Shown: in pieces, positions 15,942 to 24,610 of the stretch | How positions within the stretch are numbered: the first letter of the stretch is position 1 | How the letters are laid out: each line of letters starts with the position of its first letter | Origin: an uncultured Pirellulales bacterium | GTDB taxonomy: Bacteria > Planctomycetota > Phycisphaerae > Sedimentisphaerales > Anaerobacaceae | Length of the DNA: 40,686 nucleotides | Reading direction: 5' to 3' | Assembly (NCBI GenBank): GCA_964527825.1 | Contig: CAZGRF010000001.1 | Location: 1 to 40,686 of the forward strand | Translations under genes and position numbers: made by a program | Notes under the pieces: generated by a model | Told to the model about the DNA's origin: nothing | Database searches by the model: none | The model's input: the letters and a program-made list of their open reading frames with translations, nothing else

Positions 15942-18900
15942 ATGGGCCCAGGAGCCGAAGTCCGTGTTAGCATGAGGTGCGAAGTGATGTCAGTCGATAA
16001 GAGCACACCGATGTTTTCCATCTTCTCGGCTATCAAGAATGTCGAGAGCCGTGAAGCTATGTTCCGGCGCTGCATCGAGAGCGTTCTCAACCAGACGTTT
16101 GGGGATCTCGAGTGCGTCATACAGGACGGCGGGTCCGCAGATAGAACGGCGGATATCGTCGCGGAATACCAGGATCCACGAATCCGGTTCCTGTCAGTCC
16201 CTGATTCCTGTGGCGAAGAGGGTTTCTTCCGGGCGCTACAGCGGTGTCGCGGGACGTACATTGGCTCGTGCCTGTCCGATGAGGAGTTGCTGCCGGATGC
16301 GCTGGAGAACGCCCGGCGGGCCTTCGAGGATCACCCGCAGGTTGCCGCGTTCTATGGAAATGTCTGCTATGTCAATGAAAAGGGAGAAAAGTGGGGCCCT
16401 CGGATACCGCCTCATCCGTTTTCCATCGAGGCTTATGTATGCCAGACCTTAGTTCCGCCTTTCTGCTCTTCGTTCTTTCGGCGAGAGGCTGTCGAGAAAG
16501 CGGGGCTACACGAGCATCACTGGCGATACGGCATAGGAGAATTCGAGTTCTGGGTTCGGATTGCGGGCGCGGGAGGCATTATCTACCTGCCCTTCAACAT
16601 CAGCCATTTCGGCCGGCACTCGCAGTCCAATACGCGCAGTGTGGGAGTATACGATCAGTTGTTGGCGGGGCGAGAGGGGGTGATGCGCGACCTCTTTCGT
16701 GAAAACACGATCCTGCGAGAGTGCAGCGTCAGCGTCGAGCAGGCGATCGCGGGCAACTACGTCTGGGGGGCCAGCGGGGTATTCAACATCGAGGGGCTGT
16801 CCAGGAAGTGTGAGTACTTCATGCAGCAGGCTGAGCGGTATGACCCAGGAAGTCCCCAATTAGCGAGGCTAAGGAGCCGCGTGTACAAGGCGGCCCCACC
16901 TCGGCTCACAACAGACAGCACATGCTCCGCCGCGGTCCGGAAAGACTCTTCACTGCCTCCTTCGGGGGAATTCGCACGTTGGCTCAAGGTTCTGTCTTCG
17001 ATGGACAATCGCCTGTACTACCGGGACCAGTCTCCTCAGACTCTGGCTGCTCTGTGCTCTCTGGCCCACGATTTCGAGCCCACAGTGATTGTGGAGATCG
17101 GCACTCTGGGAGGATTGTCTTTGCGAACGTGGCTGGCCGGCACCGAGCGGGCCAGGATCGTTGCGGTTGATCTCAGCTTTGCCAAGCTCACGCAGACGCG
17201 TCGTGTTCTTCCTCTGGATCTATCCCGTGTGACTCTCCTGGAGCAGGATATCCTCAAGACGGATTTCTCGACTCTCTGGACGGCGCAGGACAGGGTGGTC
17301 CTCTTTGTCGATGCGCACGATCTGCCCAACGTGCCGATCATGCAGCATGTGCTCACGAAGGCTCTACCTTGTTTGCCGGAGGGGAGTCTCGTCATCGTAG
17401 ACGATCTGTGGTTCAGTGAACAGAGACTAACGCGCGAGAATGCCGGGGCCTTTTTGGAGAACCATGTGGTCGGCGAGATCGATGAGCTGCAGTGCTTCAA
17501 TGGGCACTACGCCCCACACCACGCAGGTGGTTCGTTCATGGGTTTTGCCGAGGTGATCCCGCTCCTGGAGTTTGTCAATAGGCACGGCATCACGCTTGTC
17601 CATGACAGAGAAGACAAACACGCCTGTTTCACGTGGAAGAGAGAGTACCTGTCGCAGAATCAGGGACGTGTTGGACAAGGTCCCGTCGAACCTGACGAGT
17701 GTTGGGGCGCCGTATTGTACAATCCCCTGGAATCTGTACCCGTGTCCGGGCCGCTGCGTGAGATGGTGAGTCGCATCGCCACTGTCTATTCACAGGGTAA
17801 GACGAGGCAAGTTGCCGAGAGCCTCCAGCAGCTCTTTGGGCAGCATCCCCATGACCAGGGGCTGTGCTATGCCTTGGCGGTCTGTCTGGCCAGGTTGGGT
17901 ATGCTCTCGCAGGCCAAGGACGTTCTTGTCGGCGGTTCGACCGACTCCAACCACCCACGCTACCAGCGGCTCCTTGACGATCTTGTTGAGCGCGTCGAAC
18001 CGTCTGGATCGCACCGGTCTCAGGAGTTGCGACCGCCGGCAGATGAGCGCGGTCTGACCATCTTTGCCTTGCCTAAACCCTTCGCCGGCGACATTGCCAC
18101 CATTCAGAAGAACGCCATTCGAAGTTGGGCGAGGCTCAGACCGATGCCGGAGATCATTCTCTTCGGTGACGAACCCGGGACGAGGCAAATGGCCGAGGAG
18201 ATCGGTGCTCGCCATGTTCCGGAAATCAGCCGCAACGAGTTTGGCACGCCTCTCGTCGACAAGCTCTTTCAGGCCGCGCAGGACCATGCTTCCCACACCG
18301 TCATGGCTTATGTGAACGCCGACATGATCCTCTTCCAGGACTTCGTCGAGGGGGTGCGAACGGTGCAGACCGGTTTGTCGAGTTTTCTTCTCATCGGCCA
18401 ACGCTGGGATGTCTCGATCTTCGATGAGATCGATTTCGACCGGCCCGAGTGGCAACAAACACTCGAGAGGCGGATGGAAGAACAGGCTATGATCCATCCT
18501 GAGTCCGGCTTGGACTACTTCGTCTTTCGCAAGGGCTTGTGGCCGACGATTCCTCCCTTTGCCATCGGAAGGACGGTATGGGACAATTGGTTGGCCATGG
18601 ATCCTCACAGACGGGGCGTTCCGGTGGTAGACGGCACAGAATGCATCACCGCCGTTCATCAAGACCATGATTACGGGCACATGGCCGGGGGGCGGCAAGA
18701 GGCCTGGACCGGTGTGGAAGCCGCTCAGAACCGCGCGCTGGCCGGCGCGACGGACGGTTCGGGACGCACTTCTGGAGCTACCTGCGCTTTGAAGAAGGGC
18801 GGCGTACTGGTCAAGGTGAAGCCCCACAAGTCCTGGTGCAGTACTACTGTGTACAAAGACGAGCGGAGTGCTTGGTTGCTGAAGCAAGCAAACGGCCTGG

Positions 18901-21900
18901 TCGCCATCGACAAAGAGGAATTGGCCGCCTGCAAATGTGACGAGGCGTTGGTGGTTCTGCGAAATCTGCTTTCGCTGGTGCAGCGTAAGTCTCCGCAGGT
19001 GGAGTCTCTGGATCGTGTCGTCATCGCTCAGCGATACGTGAGCTGCCATACACTGTTGGCCCAGTGCTACCAGAAGATGGGACGCTACGATCAGGTCGCG
19101 GCGACCTACACGCGGCTTCTGAAGAATCCTTTCGTGCAGATCCCGCAAGCTGCGCGAGATGATATAGCCCGATTGCGGGATCAGGCTGCGTGTTTCTCAC
19201 GTGAGAAGCGGCTTTCGACAGGTTCGCAGGGTGGTTCAGAACACCGGGACATCAGGCTGGGGGTGGTCCAGACGCAGAACATGACACCGTCACAGGGCGA
19301 AAGCCGGTTGGCCCCGGCGCTTCGGAGTGCGGGCGATCCTGAACCTGCGGCCTCGTGCGCATCCGGTCTGCATGCTGCTGATCATCGGCCGAAAGTCACG
19401 GTGATCACAGCGTGCTGGAACAGTGAAGAACACTTGCCGGAATGTCTTGATAGCATTCTGGGTCAGACCATGCCGGATTGGGAGCTGTTTCTGCTCGACG
19501 ATGGCAGCACAGACGGCACGCGACACATCATTGAGGAGTATGCTCGCCGCGATGCACGGATCAAGGCTCATTGCTTTGACGACAACCGAGGGCCCTACGT
19601 TCGGCGGAACTTTGCCATCGAACGAGCCAGTTCTGATTTCATCGTGATTCAGGACGCCGACGACATGATGTGTCCCGACAAGCTGGAGCGGCTCTACCGC
19701 GCCATCATGCAAGACCAACGACTGGGCGTTGTCGGTTCTTTCTACCTCATGTTCCTCGAATGGTACCAGGGGCCGGAGCACGCAGATGAGGTGACTCTGA
19801 AGACCACGCACGAACAGATTCTCCAAGACTATCGTGATTGTGCCATATGCGATTATTCCTGGCATGGTTCCGCCATCATCCGGAAACGCCTGTTCGAAGA
19901 GATCGGTCTCTATGATGAGAATCCCTTCAGTTCGGATTCCTTCTGGTTGGCCAAAATGGCTGAACTCGCATGTCGTAGCGACGGGATTCGGTTGAAGAAC
20001 ATTTCCGAGTTCCTGACTTTGCGAAGAATGCGGGCGGATTCACAAACGGGCAGTCTGCCCTCATTCGATCCGCGCAGCCGGCGGGCCAAGTTCCGCGATT
20101 ACCGCCGGAGTATGCTGTCCGAGGTGATGCAGAGACTCGACGTGGACCCGAGCGCCGATGTCAAGGCGGAACTGCGCAAGTCCGTCTGCAATGATTTCGT
20201 CGCGCGCAACGGTCATCTCTTTGATTCTTGGGAAGGCCAGCCGCTGACGAATCAAACCGTGGGTCGTTTTATCAGTAGAATCTACACGCAGTTCTGCTTG
20301 GGGCAATTCGTGCGCTGTATCAACACATGCGGCATCGTGGAGCGCTTGGTTGAGGGGGTGGCACAGATGATGCCCTGTTACGACCTAACCCGGGGTCTGG
20401 CGTACTTCGCACTTGGTTTGCCGCAAAAGGGCAAAGAGCATCTTGAACGAGAGTACCGCAGGCACGGCACCATTGCCGCCAGGGATTTCTGCTGGCAGTA
20501 CATCGATGCGGACACGGCCGAATGGACCAAAGCCCAGCGAGTCGAGATCATCCGTCGAGCCATTTTCGACGGCGTATCGAACGAGACATCCATGGCCCTG
20601 GCGCGCGACGGTCTAACGTGCTTGTGGGACCGTCGCGGTGGTCGCTCGCCAGAACTGTCGCTTGTTGTTGAGTTCAACGAGAATCCGACTCAATGCTATG
20701 AACGGCTTGTGGCGCTGAACGAGCAGAACGAGAAGACCTTCGAAGTCGTCGCACTGGCCTCCACGGAGAGCTCACAGGCTTTGAGAGAAGCGGCGAGCAA
20801 GGTCGATTTCGATGTGGTACTGCTGACGGCAGAGGGCGATATCAGTCGATGGCGCCGACGGAACCTTGCCGCCGGGTACGGCCGAGGGCGGTTCGTGGCG
20901 TTCCTGGACCAGTGCGTATGGCCCGAACGCGACTTCGTGCAAGCCGTTCTGCAGGCATTTCGGGAGAATGAGATCGATGGCCTCAGAGGCAAGATCGTCG
21001 CATTCTCTGGCGGTGACTTGCCCGTCTACTGTGATTTGGGAGACATCCCGATCTATGCGGCCTGTGACACGGACCAGATGTGTGTGTTCCGAAAGGATGT
21101 CTTCACGAGCCTTGGCGGTTTCTTGGAGACGCCGTTCAGCCGAGGAGCCATTGTCCTTTCGTACCTGATATACACAAGTGAGCAGGTGGAAAGACGCCCG
21201 ATTCTCTACTGTCCGAACGTCGTGGTCCGAAGAGTTGTCGAGCCCAAACGCTGCTTCGGATTGTTCGATCCGTACGCGATGGAGAATCGGTTCTGCACCG
21301 AGCGGCTCAGCCGGTTGATCGATCCGCAGACCAGAGACGAGCAGGAGATCGCGGTCTTCTTGAGATTCGTCGAAAGCCTGTATGCTGCTGGAGAAGGCAC
21401 GGAGGATGAGCGATACGAGCGGGCCCTGAGCAACAGTCTGTTCTTTCTGAACAGATTCCCGCGTATTGCGTTGGAGTGGGCCCAGAAGGCGCTGGCGGAG
21501 CGTCAGAATTCAATCAGGGCCAAGTGTTTAGTCGGTCTCTCGAGCGCCACTATGAGTCAGCCTGACCAGGCTTGCGCGTTTCTCAGTGAGGTTGTTGATC
21601 CGTTGGAGCGGCTGTTGGCTGCCGGCCGAGTGGATCGTTCGCAATGCGAATTCGACGACTACGCTTGTTTGCCGGGTCTTTACATATCCACCTGCACGCT
21701 GCTGGCTCAGTCCCTCATGAAGATGGGGCGGCACGAACAGGTCGCTGCGACCTACACACGTCTTTTGGCGAACCGCAACGTGTGCCTCTCCGAGACCCGG
21801 AGGAATGACATGGAACGGTTGCGTGACCGACTGCTCGCGGTCTGCGGAGCCAACACCAGTCATGACGCGATATCAGGGCAGCGACCGAACTCCCAGGCGG

Positions 21901-24491
21901 CGCAGGTCCGCGAACGCCCTGCGGCATCGTCAGTTGAACGAACAGCGGAGACTGTCGATGATATCGAACCTGCTACTCCGCACGCGCACGCCTTGGCCGA
22001 GTTTGAATGCAAATACAGATCCATGCCCAATCGTGCGCCGGCAAAGCATGTTGCGGCTGTCCGGCTGTCCGAGCTCTGCCGCCGGATGGGGCAGGCCGAA
22101 AAGGCTAACGCGTACGCCATCCAGGCCTTGAAGATCAAGAACAACGTTGCATTCGAGGACGCTAAGCGGCGCAAGCCGAGCGTCTGCAACCACAAGCCTA
22201 CCATCGTGGAATTCAACGTCATCACACGGTGCAATGCCGGCTGTATCATGTGCAATTATGGACCGCAGGGGAAGACCCTAGAATTGGACCAATTCAAACG
22301 CTTGGCCGATGAACTGCTCCCGACGGCGCAGAGGACTCTCTTGATCGGCGGAGAGGTGCTGCTCCACCCCGATTTCTACGCGATGTGCGAGTATACCAGC
22401 CGCTTTGGTGTTTGTCTGGAGATGACGACCAACCTGTCTACTCTCGCCGGCAATCGAGCCGAGGCCATTCGACGGTTCTTTGGTTCGGTCCGAGTCTCCA
22501 TCGACGGGGCCACCAAGCAAACGTATGAATCGATACGAACGCATCTGAGCTTCGACAGGCTACAGGAGAACCTTCGGAAGCTGGCCGAGATCAAGCGGCA
22601 GAGACCCGATCTGGCACTCCAGTTGGCGTTTGCCGCGATGAGGCAGAACATTGTCGAGCTTCCCGACACGATCGAGATGGTGGCGCGATTCGGTTTTGAC
22701 AGTGTGGCCGTCAGCTTCGTGCACGTCCATGCCAGGTTGACGCTCGATGACTCGTTGGTCTTCCACCGGGAGGAGGCGAACCGTTACTTCGACCTGGCTC
22801 GACAGAGGGCCGCGGCATTGGGACTGCGACTTGACATCCCCAACAACTTCGATCTGAGCCGACAGCCGTTTCTTGCTCCTGAGAGACTGAGCGATGGACA
22901 CAAGCAGTGTGTCAGGCCGTGGCAGCGGGTCAGAGTACACATCAACGGCGATATCATACCTTGCTGCCGTCTGTACGGCCTACCCATGGGCAACGCCTTT
23001 GCAGAGCCGTTCGAGCGGACCTGGAACGGCCCGAAATACGAGGGCCTCAGGGAAGCCATTGCCAACAGCAGCGATTGCCTGCCGGCGGAATGCAAGCACT
23101 GTGAGCTAATCACTGGGCCGACGGATTCGAATGACGCGTTGTTACACATCAATTCGAGTTGTCTGCCTGAACTGAAGAAACGCCTTGAAGAGCGTCCATC
23201 CGAGCAGCGAACCGGTGCTGTCGCCTGTGGATCAGGCGGTGTCCGTCGTCCCAAAGTCACCGTCGTCACAGCGTGCCGCAACGGCGAGCGGTTCCTGGCG
23301 GAATCGTTGGAGAGTGTCCGCAATCAGAGCCTGCAGGAATGGGAGTTGCTTCTACTCGATGACGCCAGCACGGATGGGACGCGACGCATCATCGAGGAAT
23401 ACGCGCGTCGAGACCCTCGTATCAAGCCGTTCTATTTCGATGTTAGCGCAGGACCCTACGTCAGACGCAATTTCGCGATCGAACGAGCTGACTCCGACTT
23501 CATTGTCATCCACGATTCCGACGATCTCATGATGCCGACCAAGCTGGAGAGGTTGCACAATGAGATCAGCAGGGACAGCCGTCTGGCGATGGTAGGTTCC
23601 TTCTACCGTACCTTCTTCGAGGATTTCAAGGGTATCCAGTACACGGATCCGATCGAGTTGCCTACTACACACGAGGAGATCACGCAGAAGTCGCTGACAT
23701 GGCAGCATGGAGTCAGTCACATCTCGGCAATCATCCGAAAGTCGATGTTTGACTGCATCGGAGGCTACGATGAGAATCCCTTTGCTTCCGATGCTTTCTG
23801 GTCCGCGAAGCTTGCCGAATGCTCCCGGCACAGCTCCAATGCACGCGTTAGGAACATCCCCGAATATCTGACCCTGTACAGGGTGCACAACGATAGTCAG
23901 ACGCAGGTCCTCTCCATGTTCGACCCGCGTAACAGGAGGGTCCGATACCGCAGCTACTGTGAGTGCAAACTGGAACGAATCCGGGAGAAAATGCGGTCTG
24001 TGCCTGAGACGGATATCGCCCGCGAGCTCCGGAATTGCACGTGTTCCGATTTCTTGATGCGCTTCAAGGCCCATATCATCCGGTGGGAGAATGAGCCGCT
24101 CGATCGGCGTGTGACTGACGATCTATTGCGGGGTGCCGTCGGAGCGTTCAATGGAGGGTATCACGTCAGTTGTGTCAATATTCTCCACGGCACTGAAGTC
24201 ATGGAGCCTGCGATCTCCAGACGCATCATGGGCTTTGACTTGCTCAGAGGCATGGCCCTCTTCGCTTTGGACATGAGGGCCCGGAGCATGGAATGCCTGC
24301 AGAAGGAGATTCAGAATCATGACAACTCGGCGGCGCGGAAGTTCATGACCGACGCCTCTGCGGCAGAGGCACAGATCGACGTGTTGACGTGGTGCCAGGA
24401 GAACGCCGGGCAGCACGATCTGGGCTTGCGTACCGCTGAGTCCGTCGTGTCTCGGGGTACTGCCCCCTGTGCGGGCGCAGCGCGAAAATAG
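15942..24491 (+). CDS. Giant multidomain glycosylation protein (~2850 aa): several GT2/GT-A modules + CmcI-like methyltransferase + TPR-like linkers + radical SAM/twitch-SPASM module
   Basis: One uninterrupted frame runs for 8.7 kb. Candidate starts are ATG 15942, 15972 and 15987, the last with GAGG 8 nt upstream. Recognisable in-frame modules are:
- GT2 at ~16010-16650
- CmcI-like MTase (VIVEIGTLGGLS) at ~16970-17650
- GT-A-like module (IFALPKPFAGDIATIQKNAIRSW...) at ~18050-18690
- GT2 (VITACWNSEEHL..LLDDGSTDGT..QDADD) at ~19390-19950
- degenerate GT-like module at ~20657-21200
- radical SAM (CNAGCIMC at 22230-22253) plus Cys-rich twitch/SPASM at 22908-23105
- GT2 (VVTACRNGERFL..LLDDASTDGT..HDSDD) at ~23245-23800. 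Confidence 0.85.
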   Translation: MGPGAEVRVSMRCEVMSVDKSTPMFSIFSAIKNVESREAMFRRCIESVLNQTFGDLECVIQDGGSADRTADIVAEYQDPRIRFLSVPDSCGEEGFFRALQRCRGTYIGSCLSDEELLPDALENARRAFEDHPQVAAFYGNVCYVNEKGEKWGPRIPPHPFSIEAYVCQTLVPPFCSSFFRREAVEKAGLHEHHWRYGIGEFEFWVRIAGAGGIIYLPFNISHFGRHSQSNTRSVGVYDQLLAGREGVMRDLFRENTILRECSVSVEQAIAGNYVWGASGVFNIEGLSRKCEYFMQQAERYDPGSPQLARLRSRVYKAAPPRLTTDSTCSAAVRKDSSLPPSGEFARWLKVLSSMDNRLYYRDQSPQTLAALCSLAHDFEPTVIVEIGTLGGLSLRTWLAGTERARIVAVDLSFAKLTQTRRVLPLDLSRVTLLEQDILKTDFSTLWTAQDRVVLFVDAHDLPNVPIMQHVLTKALPCLPEGSLVIVDDLWFSEQRLTRENAGAFLENHVVGEIDELQCFNGHYAPHHAGGSFMGFAEVIPLLEFVNRHGITLVHDREDKHACFTWKREYLSQNQGRVGQGPVEPDECWGAVLYNPLESVPVSGPLREMVSRIATVYSQGKTRQVAESLQQLFGQHPHDQGLCYALAVCLARLGMLSQAKDVLVGGSTDSNHPRYQRLLDDLVERVEPSGSHRSQELRPPADERGLTIFALPKPFAGDIATIQKNAIRSWARLRPMPEIILFGDEPGTRQMAEEIGARHVPEISRNEFGTPLVDKLFQAAQDHASHTVMAYVNADMILFQDFVEGVRTVQTGLSSFLLIGQRWDVSIFDEIDFDRPEWQQTLERRMEEQAMIHPESGLDYFVFRKGLWPTIPPFAIGRTVWDNWLAMDPHRRGVPVVDGTECITAVHQDHDYGHMAGGRQEAWTGVEAAQNRALAGATDGSGRTSGATCALKKGGVLVKVKPHKSWCSTTVYKDERSAWLLKQANGLVAIDKEELAACKCDEALVVLRNLLSLVQRKSPQVESLDRVVIAQRYVSCHTLLAQCYQKMGRYDQVAATYTRLLKNPFVQIPQAARDDIARLRDQAACFSREKRLSTGSQGGSEHRDIRLGVVQTQNMTPSQGESRLAPALRSAGDPEPAASCASGLHAADHRPKVTVITACWNSEEHLPECLDSILGQTMPDWELFLLDDGSTDGTRHIIEEYARRDARIKAHCFDDNRGPYVRRNFAIERASSDFIVIQDADDMMCPDKLERLYRAIMQDQRLGVVGSFYLMFLEWYQGPEHADEVTLKTTHEQILQDYRDCAICDYSWHGSAIIRKRLFEEIGLYDENPFSSDSFWLAKMAELACRSDGIRLKNISEFLTLRRMRADSQTGSLPSFDPRSRRAKFRDYRRSMLSEVMQRLDVDPSADVKAELRKSVCNDFVARNGHLFDSWEGQPLTNQTVGRFISRIYTQFCLGQFVRCINTCGIVERLVEGVAQMMPCYDLTRGLAYFALGLPQKGKEHLEREYRRHGTIAARDFCWQYIDADTAEWTKAQRVEIIRRAIFDGVSNETSMALARDGLTCLWDRRGGRSPELSLVVEFNENPTQCYERLVALNEQNEKTFEVVALASTESSQALREAASKVDFDVVLLTAEGDISRWRRRNLAAGYGRGRFVAFLDQCVWPERDFVQAVLQAFRENEIDGLRGKIVAFSGGDLPVYCDLGDIPIYAACDTDQMCVFRKDVFTSLGGFLETPFSRGAIVLSYLIYTSEQVERRPILYCPNVVVRRVVEPKRCFGLFDPYAMENRFCTERLSRLIDPQTRDEQEIAVFLRFVESLYAAGEGTEDERYERALSNSLFFLNRFPRIALEWAQKALAERQNSIRAKCLVGLSSATMSQPDQACAFLSEVVDPLERLLAAGRVDRSQCEFDDYACLPGLYISTCTLLAQSLMKMGRHEQVAATYTRLLANRNVCLSETRRNDMERLRDRLLAVCGANTSHDAISGQRPNSQAAQVRERPAASSVERTAETVDDIEPATPHAHALAEFECKYRSMPNRAPAKHVAAVRLSELCRRMGQAEKANAYAIQALKIKNNVAFEDAKRRKPSVCNHKPTIVEFNVITRCNAGCIMCNYGPQGKTLELDQFKRLADELLPTAQRTLLIGGEVLLHPDFYAMCEYTSRFGVCLEMTTNLSTLAGNRAEAIRRFFGSVRVSIDGATKQTYESIRTHLSFDRLQENLRKLAEIKRQRPDLALQLAFAAMRQNIVELPDTIEMVARFGFDSVAVSFVHVHARLTLDDSLVFHREEANRYFDLARQRAAALGLRLDIPNNFDLSRQPFLAPERLSDGHKQCVRPWQRVRVHINGDIIPCCRLYGLPMGNAFAEPFERTWNGPKYEGLREAIANSSDCLPAECKHCELITGPTDSNDALLHINSSCLPELKKRLEERPSEQRTGAVACGSGGVRRPKVTVVTACRNGERFLAESLESVRNQSLQEWELLLLDDASTDGTRRIIEEYARRDPRIKPFYFDVSAGPYVRRNFAIERADSDFIVIHDSDDLMMPTKLERLHNEISRDSRLAMVGSFYRTFFEDFKGIQYTDPIELPTTHEEITQKSLTWQHGVSHISAIIRKSMFDCIGGYDENPFASDAFWSAKLAECSRHSSNARVRNIPEYLTLYRVHNDSQTQVLSMFDPRNRRVRYRSYCECKLERIREKMRSVPETDIARELRNCTCSDFLMRFKAHIIRWENEPLDRRVTDDLLRGAVGAFNGGYHVSCVNILHGTEVMEPAISRRIMGFDLLRGMALFALDMRARSMECLQKEIQNHDNSAARKFMTDASAAEAQIDVLTWCQENAGQHDLGLRTAESVVSRGTAPCAGAARK

Positions 24492-24502
24492 GGCCATCCA
24501 GC

Positions 24503-24530
24503 CTTTAGGAACAGAGCAGTTTGAACGATA
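24503..24530 (+). promoter_or_regulatory. Possible sigma-28 (FliA)-type promoter upstream of fliD
   Basis: AACGATAA at 24523-24530 resembles the GCCGATAA -10 element. A weak TTAG lies 15 nt upstream where TAAA is expected. The site is 80 nt upstream of the fliD ATG. Weak match. Confidence 0.25.
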
Positions 24531-24610
24531 ATCATAGTGGACTCGTGTGTTCGAAGGGTCTTGCACAGGTCCAGGCATGTCATTTCGACGAGGTTGAAAG
24601 GTAGATCAGA

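Noticed and set aside
17790-19148. 452-aa ORF on the minus strand inside the giant gene. Many similar long antisense ORFs exist, e.g. 489-1433, 2190-3047, 3818-4813, 5231-6076, 6758-7519, 11611-12816, 19290-19865, 22784-23323 and 23352-24074.
   Set aside because: They are shadow ORFs typical of high-GC DNA. Their translations are Arg/Pro/Gly/Ser-rich with no recognisable motifs. Each lies fully opposite a + strand ORF with strong family signatures.
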